Source: Squalus acanthias (Eukaryota). From it: 64,000 nt of DNA. The notes beneath the pieces were generated by a model. That model was not told where the DNA came from. It was given only the letters and a program-made list of their open reading frames with translations, and did no database searches. This document shows, piece after piece, positions 12,276 through 25,384 of the stretch (the first letter of the stretch is position 1; every line of letters begins with the position of its first letter). The translations under genes were made by a program, and so were the position numbers. The stretch is taken from the NCBI GenBank assembly GCA_030390025.1, contig CM059432.1:64854001-64918000 (forward strand), given 5' to 3'.

Positions 12276-12636
12276 ATCATAGAATCATAGAAAGTTACAG
12301 AATGAAAGGAGGCCATTTTGGCCCATCGTGTCCGCGCCGGCCAACAAAGAGCTATCCAGCCTAAGCCCACTTCCTAGCTCTTGGTCCGTAGCCCTGCAGG
12401 TTAGAGCATCCCAAGTGCACATCCAAGTACTTTTCAAATGTGGTTAGGGTTCCTGCCTCTGCCACCCTTTCAGGCAGTGAGTTTCAGACCCCCACAACCC
12501 TCTGGGTGAAGAAATTTCCCCTCAAATCCCCTCTAAATCTTCCCGCAATTACTTTAAAACTGTGCCCTCTTGTTTTTGACCCCTCTGCTAAGGGAAATAG
12601 ATCCTTTCTATCCACTTTATCTATGCCCCTCATAAT
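12276..12636 (-). mobile_element. CR1 LINE 3' end
   Basis: IMRGIDKVDRKDLFPL...TRGHSFKV...FFTQRVV with an (atcataga)n tail on the plus strand. Confidence 0.9.
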
Positions 12637-13771
12637 TAAATCCTTGACTTTCTTCATAAGAACTGTTTTACATATCTTCACATATGTTATGATTTCCTAG
12701 GTCAAAACGACTAAATCAGGACTTTGTTTTTATATCTGATGGTTGTTGTCAAGAATCATTTAACGTACTGTTATTTGCTGCTCATCTACAATATCTTCAC
12801 CTAATCCCTTAGAGGACACATCTGCTCTTGAATACTCCATTTATTTGGAGATTTTTGTGCTGATATTTTCAATCCACCTTTTGAATATCTTTTAATCCCT
12901 TCACATTCTCATTTTTTATTATTGCTATTTGACTTGTGTACAACTTTCAGTTATCATTCTGCTTAATTCTTTGGGACTTTTTAAATATTTCTGCTTCATC
13001 CTTAGGTTTTTGGCATCCCTTTTTAATCAATATGATCTTATTCTTCGTACATATCTTCTTTTTTCCATAGGAAAAATCTTTCAACAGTCTTTAAGTTAGT
13101 GTTAAAATTTTTCCTCTATCGCTGCTGTCTCAAAATTAAAATTTACCCCTAGGGAGTCAGGACCAAGTGTAGTCTTCAGCTGAAGCAGAGTTAAAGGCCA
13201 GGAGATAATTGGGCCAGGGTGCACAGATGTAATTTAGTCCCCATTTTGAAGGTACATATTCTGTCCATATTTCTTTATAAATTCCTATGTCCACATTAAT
13301 AATCGGAACCGGCGATTAAACTTATCACAGTGTAATTATACCTCACACTAGTGATGACACTGAAGCACAAAAATGGCCACGCCCCCCAATTGAATTAATG
13401 AGCATGGCGAATTTCCACCGATTGCGTCCGTTTGCAGTCCTTTGAGGAGGCTCTGCAAATTAACCTGTTTTTAGAAGGCACAAAGTCACCAGTAGACATA
13501 TTTTTAATGTTTTAAATATTAAAAAATATTTAATTTACTAAGAAACTAACTAGTGTCCTCCAATGAGACTAGTAAATGGTTCAGTAGAGTATTTTAAAAT
13601 CATTTTGAGTGATTTAAAATCAGGTTTCTCACAGATGGTGGATTAGACACTTATTAAAAGGGCTTATTTTTGTGGCAACCACATTTTCTGCTGTATTAAT
13701 AAAACTGCACCAGGTTACCACTCTTAAATACATCAAGGAATACATGTTAATGCAAGGAAAAAGAAACAATT

Positions 13772-14938
13772 TTTTATTCGTTCCTAGGAAATGGGTGTCA
13801 CTGGCAATGTCAGCATTTACTGCCCATCCCTAATTGCCCTTGAGAAAGTGGTGGTCAGCCGCCTTCTTGAACCGCTGCAGTCCGGGTGGTGACTCCCATA
13901 GTTCTGTTAGGGAGGGAGTTCCCGGATTTTGACCCAGCGACGATGAAGAATCGGAGATATATTTCCAAGTCAGGATGGTGTGTGACTTGGAGGAGAACTT
14001 GCAGGTGATGGTGATTCCATGCACCTGCTGCCCTGTCCTTCTAGGTGGTAGAGGTCGCGGGTTTGTGAGGTGCTGTCGAAGAAGCCTTGGTGAGTTGCTG
14101 CAGTGCATCTTGTAGATGGTACACACTGCAGCCACAATGGGCCAGTGGTGGAGGGAGTGAATGTTTAAGGTGGTGGATGGGGTGCCAATCAAGTGGGCTG
14201 CTTTGTCCTGGATGGTGTCGAGCTTCTTGAGTGTTGTTGGAGCTGCACTCATCCAGGTAAGTGGAGAGTATTCCATCACACTCCTGATTTGTGCCTTGTA
14301 GATGGTGGAAAGGCTTTGGGGAGTTTGGAGGTGAGATACTCAGCGCAGAATTCCCAGCTTCTGACCTGTTCTTGTAGCCACAGTATTTGTGTGGCTGGTC
14401 CAGTTAAGTTTCTGGTCAATGGTGACCCCCAGGATGTTGATGGTGGGGTATTCGGTGATGGCAATGCCGTTGAATGCCGGAGATAGTCATTGCCTGGCAC
14501 TTCTGTGGCGTGAATGTTACTTGCCACTTATCAGCCCAAGCCTGAATGTCGTCCAGGTTTTGCTGCAAGTGGGCATGGACTGCTTCATTATCTGAGGAGT
14601 TGTGAATGAAACTGAACACTGTGCAATCAACAGTTAACATCCACACTTCTGACCTTATGATGGAGGGAAGGTCATTGATGAAGCAGCTGAAGATGGTTGG
14701 GCCTAGGACACTGCCCTGAGGAAATCCGGTAGCGATGTCCTGGGGCTGAGATGATTGGCTTCCGACAACCACAACCATCTTCCTTTGTGCTAGGTATGAC
14801 TTCAACCAGTGGAGAGTTTTTACCCTGATTCACATTAACTTCAATTTTACTCTGCTCCTTGATGCCACACTCGGTCAAATGCTGCCTTGATGTCAAGGGC
14901 AGTCACTCTCAGCTCACCTCTGGAATTGAGCTCTTTTG
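13772..14938 (-). mobile_element. CR1-clade LINE (second family), 5'-truncated RT fragment
   Basis: [18 protein letters not shown]...WADKWQVTF; same family as 39524-41580. Confidence 0.9.
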
Positions 14939-14944
14939 TCCATT

Positions 14945-16676
14945 ACATTCTATTGTGCTCACATCTTTCTCCAGTTTCTCTCCGATCTCCTCTCATTACC
15001 TCTCCACACTCATCTTGTCCATGAGACCCACCTCATGCTCCACCAAACTTCTGGCCACCCAACTTCCTTTTCTGGCTCCCATGCTAGGTGACATTGTCAA
15101 TGGTTTTCTCTCCTCAGGTACTGTCCCCCTCTGCCTCAAATCTGCCATCAGCACCCCTCTCCTGAAAAAAGCAACACTTGACCCCTCAGTCCTTGCAAAC
15201 TACCGTCCCATCTCCAATCTCCCTTTCCTCTCCAAAGTTCTTGAGCGTGTTGTTGTCTCCCAAATCTGTGCCCATCTTTCCCGCAACTCCATGTTTGAAT
15301 CCCGCCAATTGGGTTTCCGTCCCGCCACAGTACTGAAATGGCTCTCATCAAAGTCAGAAATGACATCCTTTGTGACTGTGATGAAGGTAAGCTATCCCTC
15401 CTTGTCCTTCTTGACTTGTCTGCAGCCTTTGACACGGTTGACCACTCCATCTTCCTCCAAAGCCTCTCTACCGTCGTCTAGCTGGGTGGGACTGCACTCG
15501 CCTGGTTCCATTCTTATCTAGCTAATCGTAGCCAGAGTATCACCAGCAATGGCTTCTCTTCCCGCTCCCGCATTGCTACCTCTGGTGTCCCCCAAAGATC
15601 TTTCCTTGGCCCCCTCCTATTTCTCATCTACAGGCTGCCCCTTGGCGACATCATCTGAAAACACAGCGTCAGTTTCCACATGTACGCTGACGACACCCAG
15701 CTCTACCTCACTACCACTTCTCTCGACCCCTCCATGGTCTGTAAATTGTCAGACTGCTTGTCCGGTATCCAGTACGGGATGAGCAGAAATTTTCTCCAAT
15801 TAAATATTGGGAAGACCGAAGCCATTGTTTTCGGTCCCCGCCACAAACTCTGTTCCCTAGCCACTGACTCCATCCCTCCCCATAACATCTGCCTGACGCT
15901 GAACCACACTGTTCGCAACCTTAGTGTCATACTTGACCCTGAAATGAGCTTCCAACCACATATCCATGGCATAACTAAGACCGCCTATTTCCACCTCTGT
16001 AACATCGCCCATCTCCGCCTCTGCCTCAGCTCATCCGCTGCTGAAACCCTCATCCATGCCTTTGTTACCTCCAGACTTGACTATTCCAACGCACTCTTGG
16101 CTGGCCTCCCATGTTCTACCCTACATAAACTTGAGGTCATCCAAAACTCGGCTGCCCATGTCCTAACTCGCACCAAGTCCCATTCACCCATTACCCCTGT
16201 GCTCGCTGACCTACATTGGCTCCCGGTTAAGCAACGCCTCAATTTCAAAATTCTCATACTTGTTTTCAAATCCCTCCATGGCCTCGCCCTCTTCCTATGT
16301 CTGTAATCTCTTCCAGCCCCACAACCCCACCCCCCCCACCCCGAGATATCTGCGCTCCTCTAATTCTGCCCTCTTGAGCATGCCTGATTATAATCGCTCA
16401 GCTATTGGTGGCCGTGCCTTCTGTTGCCTGGGCTCCAAGCTCTGGAATTCCCTCCATAAACCTCTCCGCCTGTCTACCTTTCATTCCTCCTTTAAGATGC
16501 TCCTTAAAACCTATCTCTTTGAACAAACTTTTGTTCATCTGCCCTAATTTCTCCTTATGTGGCTCGGTGTCAATTTTTTTGTCTTATAATACTCCTGTGA
16601 AACGCCTTGGGACGTTTTACTACATTAAAGGCGCTATATAAATACAAGTTGTTGCTGTTGTTGTTGCTGCTGCTGT
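14945..16676 (+). mobile_element. L2 LINE, 5'-truncated, frameshifted RT
   Basis: NYRPISNLPFLSKVLE, YADDTQLY, HAFVTSRLDYSN, LHWLPV; 3' tail 'aggcgctatataaatacaag(ttg)n'. Confidence 0.92.
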
Positions 16677-17187
16677 CTGATTGCACTGGTTCATGGAAGC
16701 TTTACGTTCGGTGATAAACAAGTGAGTTTGAGTGGAAACTTGAACCATAACTTCATTTTGGAGAACTAGCACAACTTCAAGCGCAATTTGTGCCCCAAAT
16801 GCCGATTGCGCTCAAAACGGAAACTCTACCCCAAAATGTTGAATATATTACTACTCGATGTCCTGTGACATTGCACACAGGTAATTGGACCAAGTGTAGT
16901 CATCAGGTGAAGCAGGGGTTAGAGGTCAGGAAATAATTGGACCCAGGGTTCACAGAAATATTCAGTCCCCATTTTAACATCAAACATTCTGTCCTTAGTT
17001 GGACCAAGACTGCAGGACGACTGCAACATTGGAGACCAGAGTGGGAAAGTAGAGCTTGCTGAGCTAGCACAGTGTTAGAGGGTTGGAGAAGGTAGAGCAC
17101 AATTAGAGGCAAGATGGGAAGGGAAAAGTAAAGCGGTGTTAAAGGCTGGTGAAGAGGGGAAATGTAGAGCTGGTAGAGGGGAAAGGC

Positions 17188-19520
17188 TGTAATGGAATAA
17201 GCCATATTCCAAGAAATACATCATCCTATGAACAGATTTTGATATTATTAATACAAGACATACTGGGGGAATAATTCAGTTGGTTGCGCCTCCCGTTAGC
17301 GCCTTAAGAGGTCGCTAATGGGGTGCAAAGCAACTAGCGCCCGGGCGACGCGATGTTTGCGCTGCTCGCGAAATTAACTAGACATTTTGTGGCGGCGCTA
17401 AACAGTACAGCCACGATCTCCTGCACTGGCAGATCGTGACGTCAGTCGAGTGCGCAATGCCCCGGTAGCGCCCCTGAGCAGATATTGAGTGGCGCCCCCT
17501 GCCTGACCGCCTGCCGCTAGCAACGACAGGTTGAGGGGAGCGTTTTGCAGTCAGGAAGGGACTGGGGGAGCGCTATTTAAAGGCGACCGCTTCCTGCCTT
17601 TTTTTGTTGGCGACATTTTTGAACCACGCATTCTGAGAGAGAGAGAGAGAGACTTCTGGAGAGATTCAACGCTGTGTGAAGGAGTTTTGGGTACTGAGCA
17701 GCACTTTGCAGGTTCATTTTGATTTGCCCTTCCTTGTATCGATTTAGAAGAGACTGTTGGGGCTGCACTCTGAGCTCTTTCCCTGGGCCTCTCCATTGTT
17801 ATTTCCAGCAGATTTGATGTACAGGTCTCTCCAGGCCGAGATTCAAGGCTGCAATGAGCAGGATGTGGATGGAAAGCAAGATTAACCCTCCCCTTTAAGA
17901 ACTGGCTGGGGCCATTGTGTCTGTGTTCCATTGCTGATTGACATCACATGAGCTTCGCCAGCGCTCTGAGTTAGCGCCTCGCTCCTCGGCCTTTGCGCCT
18001 TAAGACAGATGTGTAGCGCCTGATTTAGCGCTCCAATCACCTCCAGGGGCAATAAAAGTCAAGTTTGCAGTCGGAGGCGATAATTAGCGCCTTTGCGCCC
18101 GGCCGATAATTGCGCCCCAAACGGGGCGATACTGAATTTTTCCTCCACTGAGTTTAAAAGTCTGGCAAGCCTCAGCAACACAGGCTGCAAACACAATACA
18201 GGTTTCTGAGATAAGATGAAGTGTTAACAAAAGCTGTAAAACACCACAAGCTTTGAAATGGGAGATGGTTGTAAACACAAAAACAATGCCCCTATTGAAG
18301 CAAACCATTGGCGCTTCCAGAAGGTCTGGAGTTTGGGAGAAACACAATGGAATGACCCAAGTAAAGTGTTATAAGCTAACACTCAGGGAAACAGAAACTT
18401 AGAACATTAAACAACCATATGCCTTCATAAAGTAACATCAAATAAGACAGGAAACACGATTAAATATGCAACCAATTGAGATAGCAAGAAAACAAGTAAA
18501 CACCCTAAGAGAAGTGGTTTTAATTTACATATTGTAAAAGATACCTACAGAGAGGCTTTGAAAATATAATATCAAGAGATGACACCAAGCAATTATATTG
18601 TGTTTGTATTGTACTTGGAACACCACGGAGTCACGACGTCTGGCTTACAAGCAGTTAAATGATATTAAGAATTCAATAGAAAGACTTCCTAAGAATAGCA
18701 TCAAAAGATAAATCTGTAATAACCATTTTATGATAGTTTTTGAAACACCTAAAGGTAGAGACAGAATTCTAAAAGTTGGCAGCTGAAATGACAGTAAGAA
18801 TAGAAAAGAATTCAATAGAGTATCACTAGAGACAATTAGCTTACATCAAAAGAAAACTTCAAAGAATATACCACTAAAAAAGAGTATAAAAATAAGAGCT
18901 TTTCAGATAGAGAGTCAGAAGTCGCTGGAAAGGGGCAGAGCGATTCTCGCCTTCAGAACCACTCTGTAGGCCTACAACTCTGAGTCTCAGGTAATCAAGG
19001 TATTTGATTTTGGTGGATATTCTGAATTAAGAAATAAGTAGAAGTGTGCAAATGTAACGAAGTTAAGATTTGAGAATAAGGATCTCTGATAAGAAATGTA
19101 AGCTATTTGTATTTTGAATGGTTAAAGTTGCGATTGCCATACCAGCTGTTAACTAGATGTCGGTTCTTTAATAAATCTATATATTTTTAAATTGTCTCAA
19201 AGAGTATTTCTGTATCAATCTCGCAAACTCAATTTCTGTACACTCTTCAGTGAGGAGTTGCAGAATTCTGGGGGGTTTTCCGGACCCTCATAATATCCGG
19301 AAGGTGACAGTCTAGTTAAACTTGTTAAAAGTGCTATCCGGAGGATGGTAACATCTTCAGGCCGTTCCTTTCCTTTAGGGAGAGATAGTCTGAACCTTTA
19401 GACCTAATTAAGCGTCTCTAGGATTCGGCTACCGCTAACCTTAGTTGAAGGTGAACGTCTGGGGAATACGCCTGATCTGGGGTAGCCCGAAAAGGGCTAG
19501 GACTTGTAATTATCCCTTCA
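17188..19520 (+). mobile_element. Solo LTR (~1448 bp after removing the nested MITE); retroviral or Gypsy origin, foamy-like layout
   Basis: Ends TGTAATGGAATAA...TTATCCCTTCA, exact 4-bp TSD aggc (17184-17187 and 19521-19524), TATAAAA at 18885, cag|gtaatc at 18990, AATAAA at 19170; purine-rich flanks join seamlessly. Confidence 0.75.
17265..18146. mobile_element. Harbinger-type MITE (882 bp) inserted in the solo LTR
   Basis: TIR gggggaataattcagt/actgaatttttcctcc, TSD act/act; inverted near-identical copy at 38202-39074. Confidence 0.9.
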
Positions 19521-19708
19521 AGGCAGAGCATTGAAAGAGGGCAGAGAAGAGTTGGAGGCTTCATAGAGCTATCCAGTCAGTCCCATTTCCCTGACCTTTC
19601 CCCATAGCCCTGGAAAGTCAATCCAAATCATACAAGTTTGGACACCAAAGACAAATTAATTTGTTGGTTCATTAAATATCAACAGAAAGTACAAGCAAGT
19701 CGATACAT

Positions 19709-20176
19709 CTAGAATGTTACCAGGAATGTGGGACTTCGGTTACGTGGAGAGACTAGAGAAGCTGGGGTTCTCCTAAGAGCAGAGAAGGTTAAAGATAATT
19801 TTAGTAGTGGTGTTCAAAATCATGAAGGATTTTGATAAAGTAAATAAGGAGAAGGTGTTTCCAGTGACAGAAGGGTCAGTAACCAGAGGACGCAGATTTA
19901 AGGTAATTGGCAAAAGAACCAAAGGTGACATGGGCCAAAAAATGTTTACACAGTGAGTTGTTGTGATCTGGAATGCACTGCCTGATAGGGTGGTGGAAGC
20001 AGATTCAGTAATTACTTTCAAAAGGGAATTTGATAAGTACTTGAAAGGAAAAAGTTGCAGGGCTATGGGGAAAGGTCAGGGGAATGGAACTGACTGGATA
20101 GCTCTTTCAAAGAGACGGCACAAGCACGATGGGTCAAATAGTCCCCTTCTGTGCTGTATCATTCTATAATTCTATA
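19709..20176 (+). mobile_element. CR1 LINE 3' end
   Basis: RLEKLG...IMKDFDKVNKEKVFP...IWNALP; tail 'gtgctgtatcattctataattctata'. Confidence 0.88.
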
Positions 20177-20999
20177 TACTCATAAGTAGGATAACCATTA
20201 TGGGAACTATGAACTTCTGCTATCCAGGCGACTCCTCAGTGCTGAATGCCAATGAACTGCTGAAAATAGTTCATATTCATGCACCTAGAATGGTGTTTTC
20301 TAAGCAATGTCAGGTGACTTGCTTTGAATCTATTAATTCTGAGACTACTGTCATGTGATCTTTATGTGTCATATGCTGTTGCACCAGTAAGTGGCAATGT
20401 TGCACCACATATATATCACTCTGACTGGAATGTCAATGCTGTTCAGCTCTTATCATTGGAAGAAAATGTAGCCTTGCATATTTGTTAGTATCCATCCTTT
20501 CTTAGGGTATCAGTGATATCATCCAAACATGCTTTCTCTAGACTAGGTCATAATTCTTTGATGAATTCTGCCTTTCTTCTTAAATTGCCCTAAACTTTAC
20601 AACACCTCCTGCTTTGCTTGACTTGCAGAATCCTAACAACCTAATCTGAAACTATGTTAGCTTGTATCACACAGAATAAACTCTCACAATAGAGATATTA
20701 GTACTGACTTCTGTATTGTTAAACTATTTTTTCTCATTTCACATTTCTGCCGAATCACTCCTAATGTACTCTGCAGTTTCTACACTTCTTCATTTAATTA
20801 AGCCCTCTATCCTAACAATCCCATGATGCCCTTTACCTACATCAAGCTGTTAACCTACTATATTGTACACTATCCTAGAGGCTTGGCTAGAGGTGAGAAA
20901 GAAGATAGCCATACACTGCAGTGGAGCTAACCTCAGAAGAAGCAGCCATACTATTGCAACCTGTGACATCAGCACAGTAAACCCATAAATTGCAGAGCT

Positions 21000-21390
21000 G
21001 GAGGGGTGGGCAGTACAGAGGGAAAAGGAGTAGGGAAGAGGAGTGGGAACAGGGAAGAGAGTGAGGAAAGAGTGAGGATGGAGGAAGGAGGGAAGAGAAC
21101 AGGAGGAGATAGAAGACAGAAGAGGGAGATGCGGGATAAGGTGAAAGGGAAGACAAGGGAAGGGAGGATGATGATGAAAGAGTGAAAGGGAGGGAGAAGA
21201 GGGAAAGGGAGGGAAGAGCAAAAAATAAATAAAAGAAGAGGGAGGAGGAAGGAGCAGGAGGATAAGATGGAAAGGAACGGAAGGAGTAGGAGTGGAAGAC
21301 AGTGGGATTCGAGGGGAAGAGGGTAGGCAACATGATGGAGGGGACTTGGCAAGTGGAGAAGGGAAAGGGGAAGAGGGGAGGGAGAGGAAT
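21000..21390. repeat. GA-rich polypurine low-complexity tract
   Basis: About 390 bp almost entirely G/A on the plus strand. Confidence 0.9.
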
Positions 21391-22664
21391 TAAAATTTAA
21401 AAAAAGTAAAATAACTACATCCCCCAGAGGGCCAGAAAATGCTGTGTTAGATCATTAGGCAGCAATCCTAAACTGGATGAGCGAGCCTGAGAATAGCTCC
21501 CACGGAGGCACAGTGGGATGACCCGATAACTGAAAACTAAAAATGATCAAAAAAAAGCAACAAAACACTTTAGAACCCAGAGGGCTGAAAAATTACAATT
21601 TAATTTCACAACAAACCGGATCAGTGGTTGCATAATGGCAGGAGGCCAGTAACGGGGCTGAAAATGAAAGGTTTGAAAAAAATAGGCAAGTGGGCACAAA
21701 AATTGTAAACATATTTCTGTATTCATGTTCCCAATAGCAGCTGCAGAATGGCGAAAGGTCCACAAGTAGGACAGCAAGAAAATGGGGTGTGGGGGGAGGC
21801 GGGGGGGCTGTCTAATTACATTTTAAAATAAAAATTCTACAACACAAACCTAAAAAGGAAACTTTGAGGAAAGGGAGAAAAATAGCCCAAGGGACAAATA
21901 ACCAAGTTTAAAATGTCATATCTTACAATAAAAACTTAAAGAGAGGCTGTGGGGAGGGAGAGCAGAATAGTGTGAAGACTTCAAAACCAGCTAACCGGTT
22001 AACCTTAAAATTAAGTGAATTCTAGTTAGAAATTTATATATATGATCTTGTATCTGTACAGAATTCATATCTGCACAACTTGATCTGTTGCTAATATGGA
22101 CACAAAACATTCTATGAAAGTTTTCTGCGGCAAATTTTCTCTGAAAGTTAATTTTCTATTATCCAAAATAAGGGTTTAAACAAAATAAAAAAATGTTTAA
22201 AAAATTACATATTTCACAATAACTTGATTAAATTTATCCACTGGATTGTCTTTTGTATATTTTAATGCCTTGATTAAAATTTTTACTTGAAGGCCTCAAC
22301 TTGGATTGGGCTTGATATTTTTTCCTGTAAATTTGTGAGCAGAATTTGGATTGTGCAGTCTGAGCATGTGCAGTATGCCTAATTTCTCAGGCTGCAACAC
22401 TACTGATCAGTCAGCCACAGTGTTGGGATCTTTTTCTTTAACTTCTATCAGTTTCTATTCAAACTATTTTCAAAATTATTTGAATAAAAACTGTAGAACA
22501 AATTTCTAGATGTACATTTTTATTGTCAAGAGAATGTGACAGAGCCTGCAGATGCAGTTGATGACATAATGGTGGATAGGACAATCTGCCTCTGGTGTCA
22601 TGTCTCTGACCTGTTTTATCTTCAGCATGAAAGCCTGTAATAGAGCACTTCAAAGAGAAACACA

Positions 22665-24327
22665 GGCCTGGATTTTTCCAACCTCGACAGGACCGGGCAG
22701 GCAACGTCGGTGGCGTGTGGGGTCCTCGCATCTGTGTCAATCCCAGCCTCCAACAAGATATTCCGTTGATTGGACTTGTTAAGCCCGCCCTGCGAGGTTC
22801 CCGGCCAATTAATAGGAAGCGGGTCTGATGACGTCATTTGATGATGCATCATCAGCCGTTTTCCTTAAAGGGACCATGTAAAATTGATTTTGACAGTTCT
22901 GCTGCCAGTGTTCTGCAGCATTGAAGTGCTGCAAACACTGATAAGCACTGCACAAAGGTGCACGGCTGCACCCAGGTTCTCCCATGACTCCCTCCATATG
23001 TTTATGGAGGGAGTCACAGCACGCAGGGAGGTTCTCTTCGCTTCCAATGGACGGAAGACACTTCCCAGGGACACCAACGCAGCCTGGTTGCACATTGCAC
23101 AGGAGGACACAAGCAGGGATGTCATCAGGAGGACCAGGCTGCAGTGGCACAAACCTTTCAATGATCTCAGTAGATCACGAAACGTTACTGCAAAGCCACA
23201 CTCAAACTCATCCTCCTGTGCCACTCATCACTTCCCCATCACTCTACCTTCCCTGCCCTACTCCTGCACATCCTCACTCACACAACTTACTTTGCACCTC
23301 CACCCTTCCCTCTCTATCTACATTATCACTTCCCCATCTCACTAGCCACCCCTCACACTCACCCTCATCCTAGTCAATCGTAACAACTAACCACACAAGA
23401 GTAGGCACTTGGGTGTTTTAGCCAATGATCATGTAAACTTACTGTTAATGTGTTGTCAAGCATTGAAATCCTTATTGTCACCACTTTGCCTTCTTGGACA
23501 GATTTGTGTGCACCTTTGAAAGTGTATTAGTGAGTTCCAGTGAATGGTGAGACATAACATCCCCCACCACCCCCCAATGGTGATGAGTGTGAAAGGAATG
23601 GCTTGAACATTGTAGGGATGCCGGGCAGCAATGTGGTCGGGTGCTGATGCCCTGTGTCCAGTGCAGCATCAGGTGATTGCGGAGAAGGTTGGTGTGGATG
23701 TTGGTGCTGCTGGTGTGCCCGGTGATGCTGGTCTTGGGGCTGATCCTGTTGGGATTCTGAGGACCAAGGTGAGATTTTTTCAAGGGCACCGACACTGATG
23801 GAATAGATGGCAGGTGAGGTTGAGATGACAGAAGTAATCTGTCAATGTTGAGATAGGTTGTTCCAAGGAGGTGACAGTGGTTAGAGAGATTACACCAAAC
23901 ACTTCAAAAGTGCATAAAGATCAAAAGTGGGTTCCAAATCATTAATGCTCCAGCTTCTAAGTTTGGGAAGTGAGCAGCTGTGAAATGGTAGGCTTTAGAC
24001 CACTTTTTCAGCTTTCACCTATTCACCGTAATCCATAGTCATTGAGAACTCAACATACTTACCTGACACGATAGCCGCTCTCCGGGAACCACGTTGAAAA
24101 CCTGGTAAAATGTTAAGTACATGGGAAATGGTTCTTAACTACCTTTTAACAAGCTTTTAACTATCTAAATTGGCTGACCCACCGCTTGGTGTCGGGTCTG
24201 TTCAAGGCCCCGACACTTAGGAAACTCACAAGGAGACGGGTTTACAGCGGGATACCGACTCGCTTTGTGATTTTGACAACGGACCTGCCTCCAAACCTGC
24301 ATTCTGAGCACCGGCAAAATTCAGCCC
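22665..24327 (+). mobile_element. Non-autonomous Harbinger derivative with Myb/SANT exon 1 remnant
   Basis: TIR ggcctggatttt/aaaattcagccc, TSD aca/aca; APRFSHDSLHMFMEGV...AAWLHIAQE...FNDL; inverted homolog at 44947-46637. Confidence 0.88.
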
Positions 24328-25384
24328 ACAATATTTATAGAAAAATTACCATTTAAGAAATGGCAATGAACCTTTAAGATCTTCCACTTAAATCTTCAGA
24401 AAACAAATGACTGCTTAGCAATGCCCCCATTTACATGGATTATGAGTACTAAATGCTTTCAAACATTGCCACTGGGAGGAAATGTCCATGTTGCCAGTGA
24501 GGATCTGGATACTTCAATAAGTCATAATTTTCCAGTCGCCATTCTTGTGGAACCATTTCTGCCAAGTGGGACTTCTACCCTTAATAAATTTGTAATATTA
24601 TATGGATATATATGATAATCAAAATGGTCTGCACATTAAACCTGGATAACTGTGCTAATGCTACTTACCATCATTTTGTAAAGTCATTCCAAGCAACTTA
24701 ATACAAGCCTAGAGCTACATATCACTTGGTACTGGAAATAAAAGGTACGGTTAATCTTCAAAAAGACAGAATTGTCAATGAGCAAATGAGAAAAAGCAGA
24801 ATATTAAGTGACTGGACATATAATACAAGCACCAGAAGGCAATGAAAGCTAACTGTCAATGTCATTTAAAAGAAAGTGTTCTAATAAATATAATTCAGCT
24901 TCAGGGTGGTAATTTTATTTTGATGCAATGCATATGTTGTTCTTTCACACAAACACATACATCTCAGTAAACAATCAGCATTTCTCATTGCAGGTGGGGC
25001 ATCATAGCCTATCAACATTGGAAATCTGGGAAGTTCCATTCCCCATTTCCCTTTCTAACAACACCAGGACATTGAAAAACTGCCCCATTACTGGAAATGA
25101 TTGACAAAATAAAATTATTTTGAAAGCAGCTGGTGGCTGAGGTGTACCAAATATGATGTCTGGAGGTCTGGAACACCACTTGCACATACTTTTTCACATT
25201 ATAGAAAATAATGCACTTCAGGAATATGCAATATTTACAAGGAGGTAAAAATGCTATTTCAATACAGATAAGTGCAAGATGTAACACAAAAAAATGGGGG
25301 GCAGGGATACTTACTTAATAAATGGTGTTGAGCTCGCTAGAGGACAGGTTGAAAAAGATTAAAACATAGCAGAAGACCCAATAC

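Noticed and set aside
16887..17008. Possible hammerhead (minus-strand CTGATGA...GTCC-loop-GGAC)
   Set aside because: There is a nine-base gap before stem II, no GAAA, and the parts are not contiguous in one unit.
17551..17931. 126-aa ORF repeated at 38408-38788
   Set aside because: Both lie in near-identical MITE copies, so sharing reflects recent copying; no recognisable domain.
20850..21352. Three overlapping Pro/Ser/Leu/Phe-rich ORFs
   Set aside because: Artefact of the polypyrimidine strand lacking stop codons.
24669..24731. Exon-like segment with ttttatttccag acceptor and gtaagt donor on the minus strand
   Set aside because: Stops in all three frames from that acceptor; at best a non-coding or poison exon.
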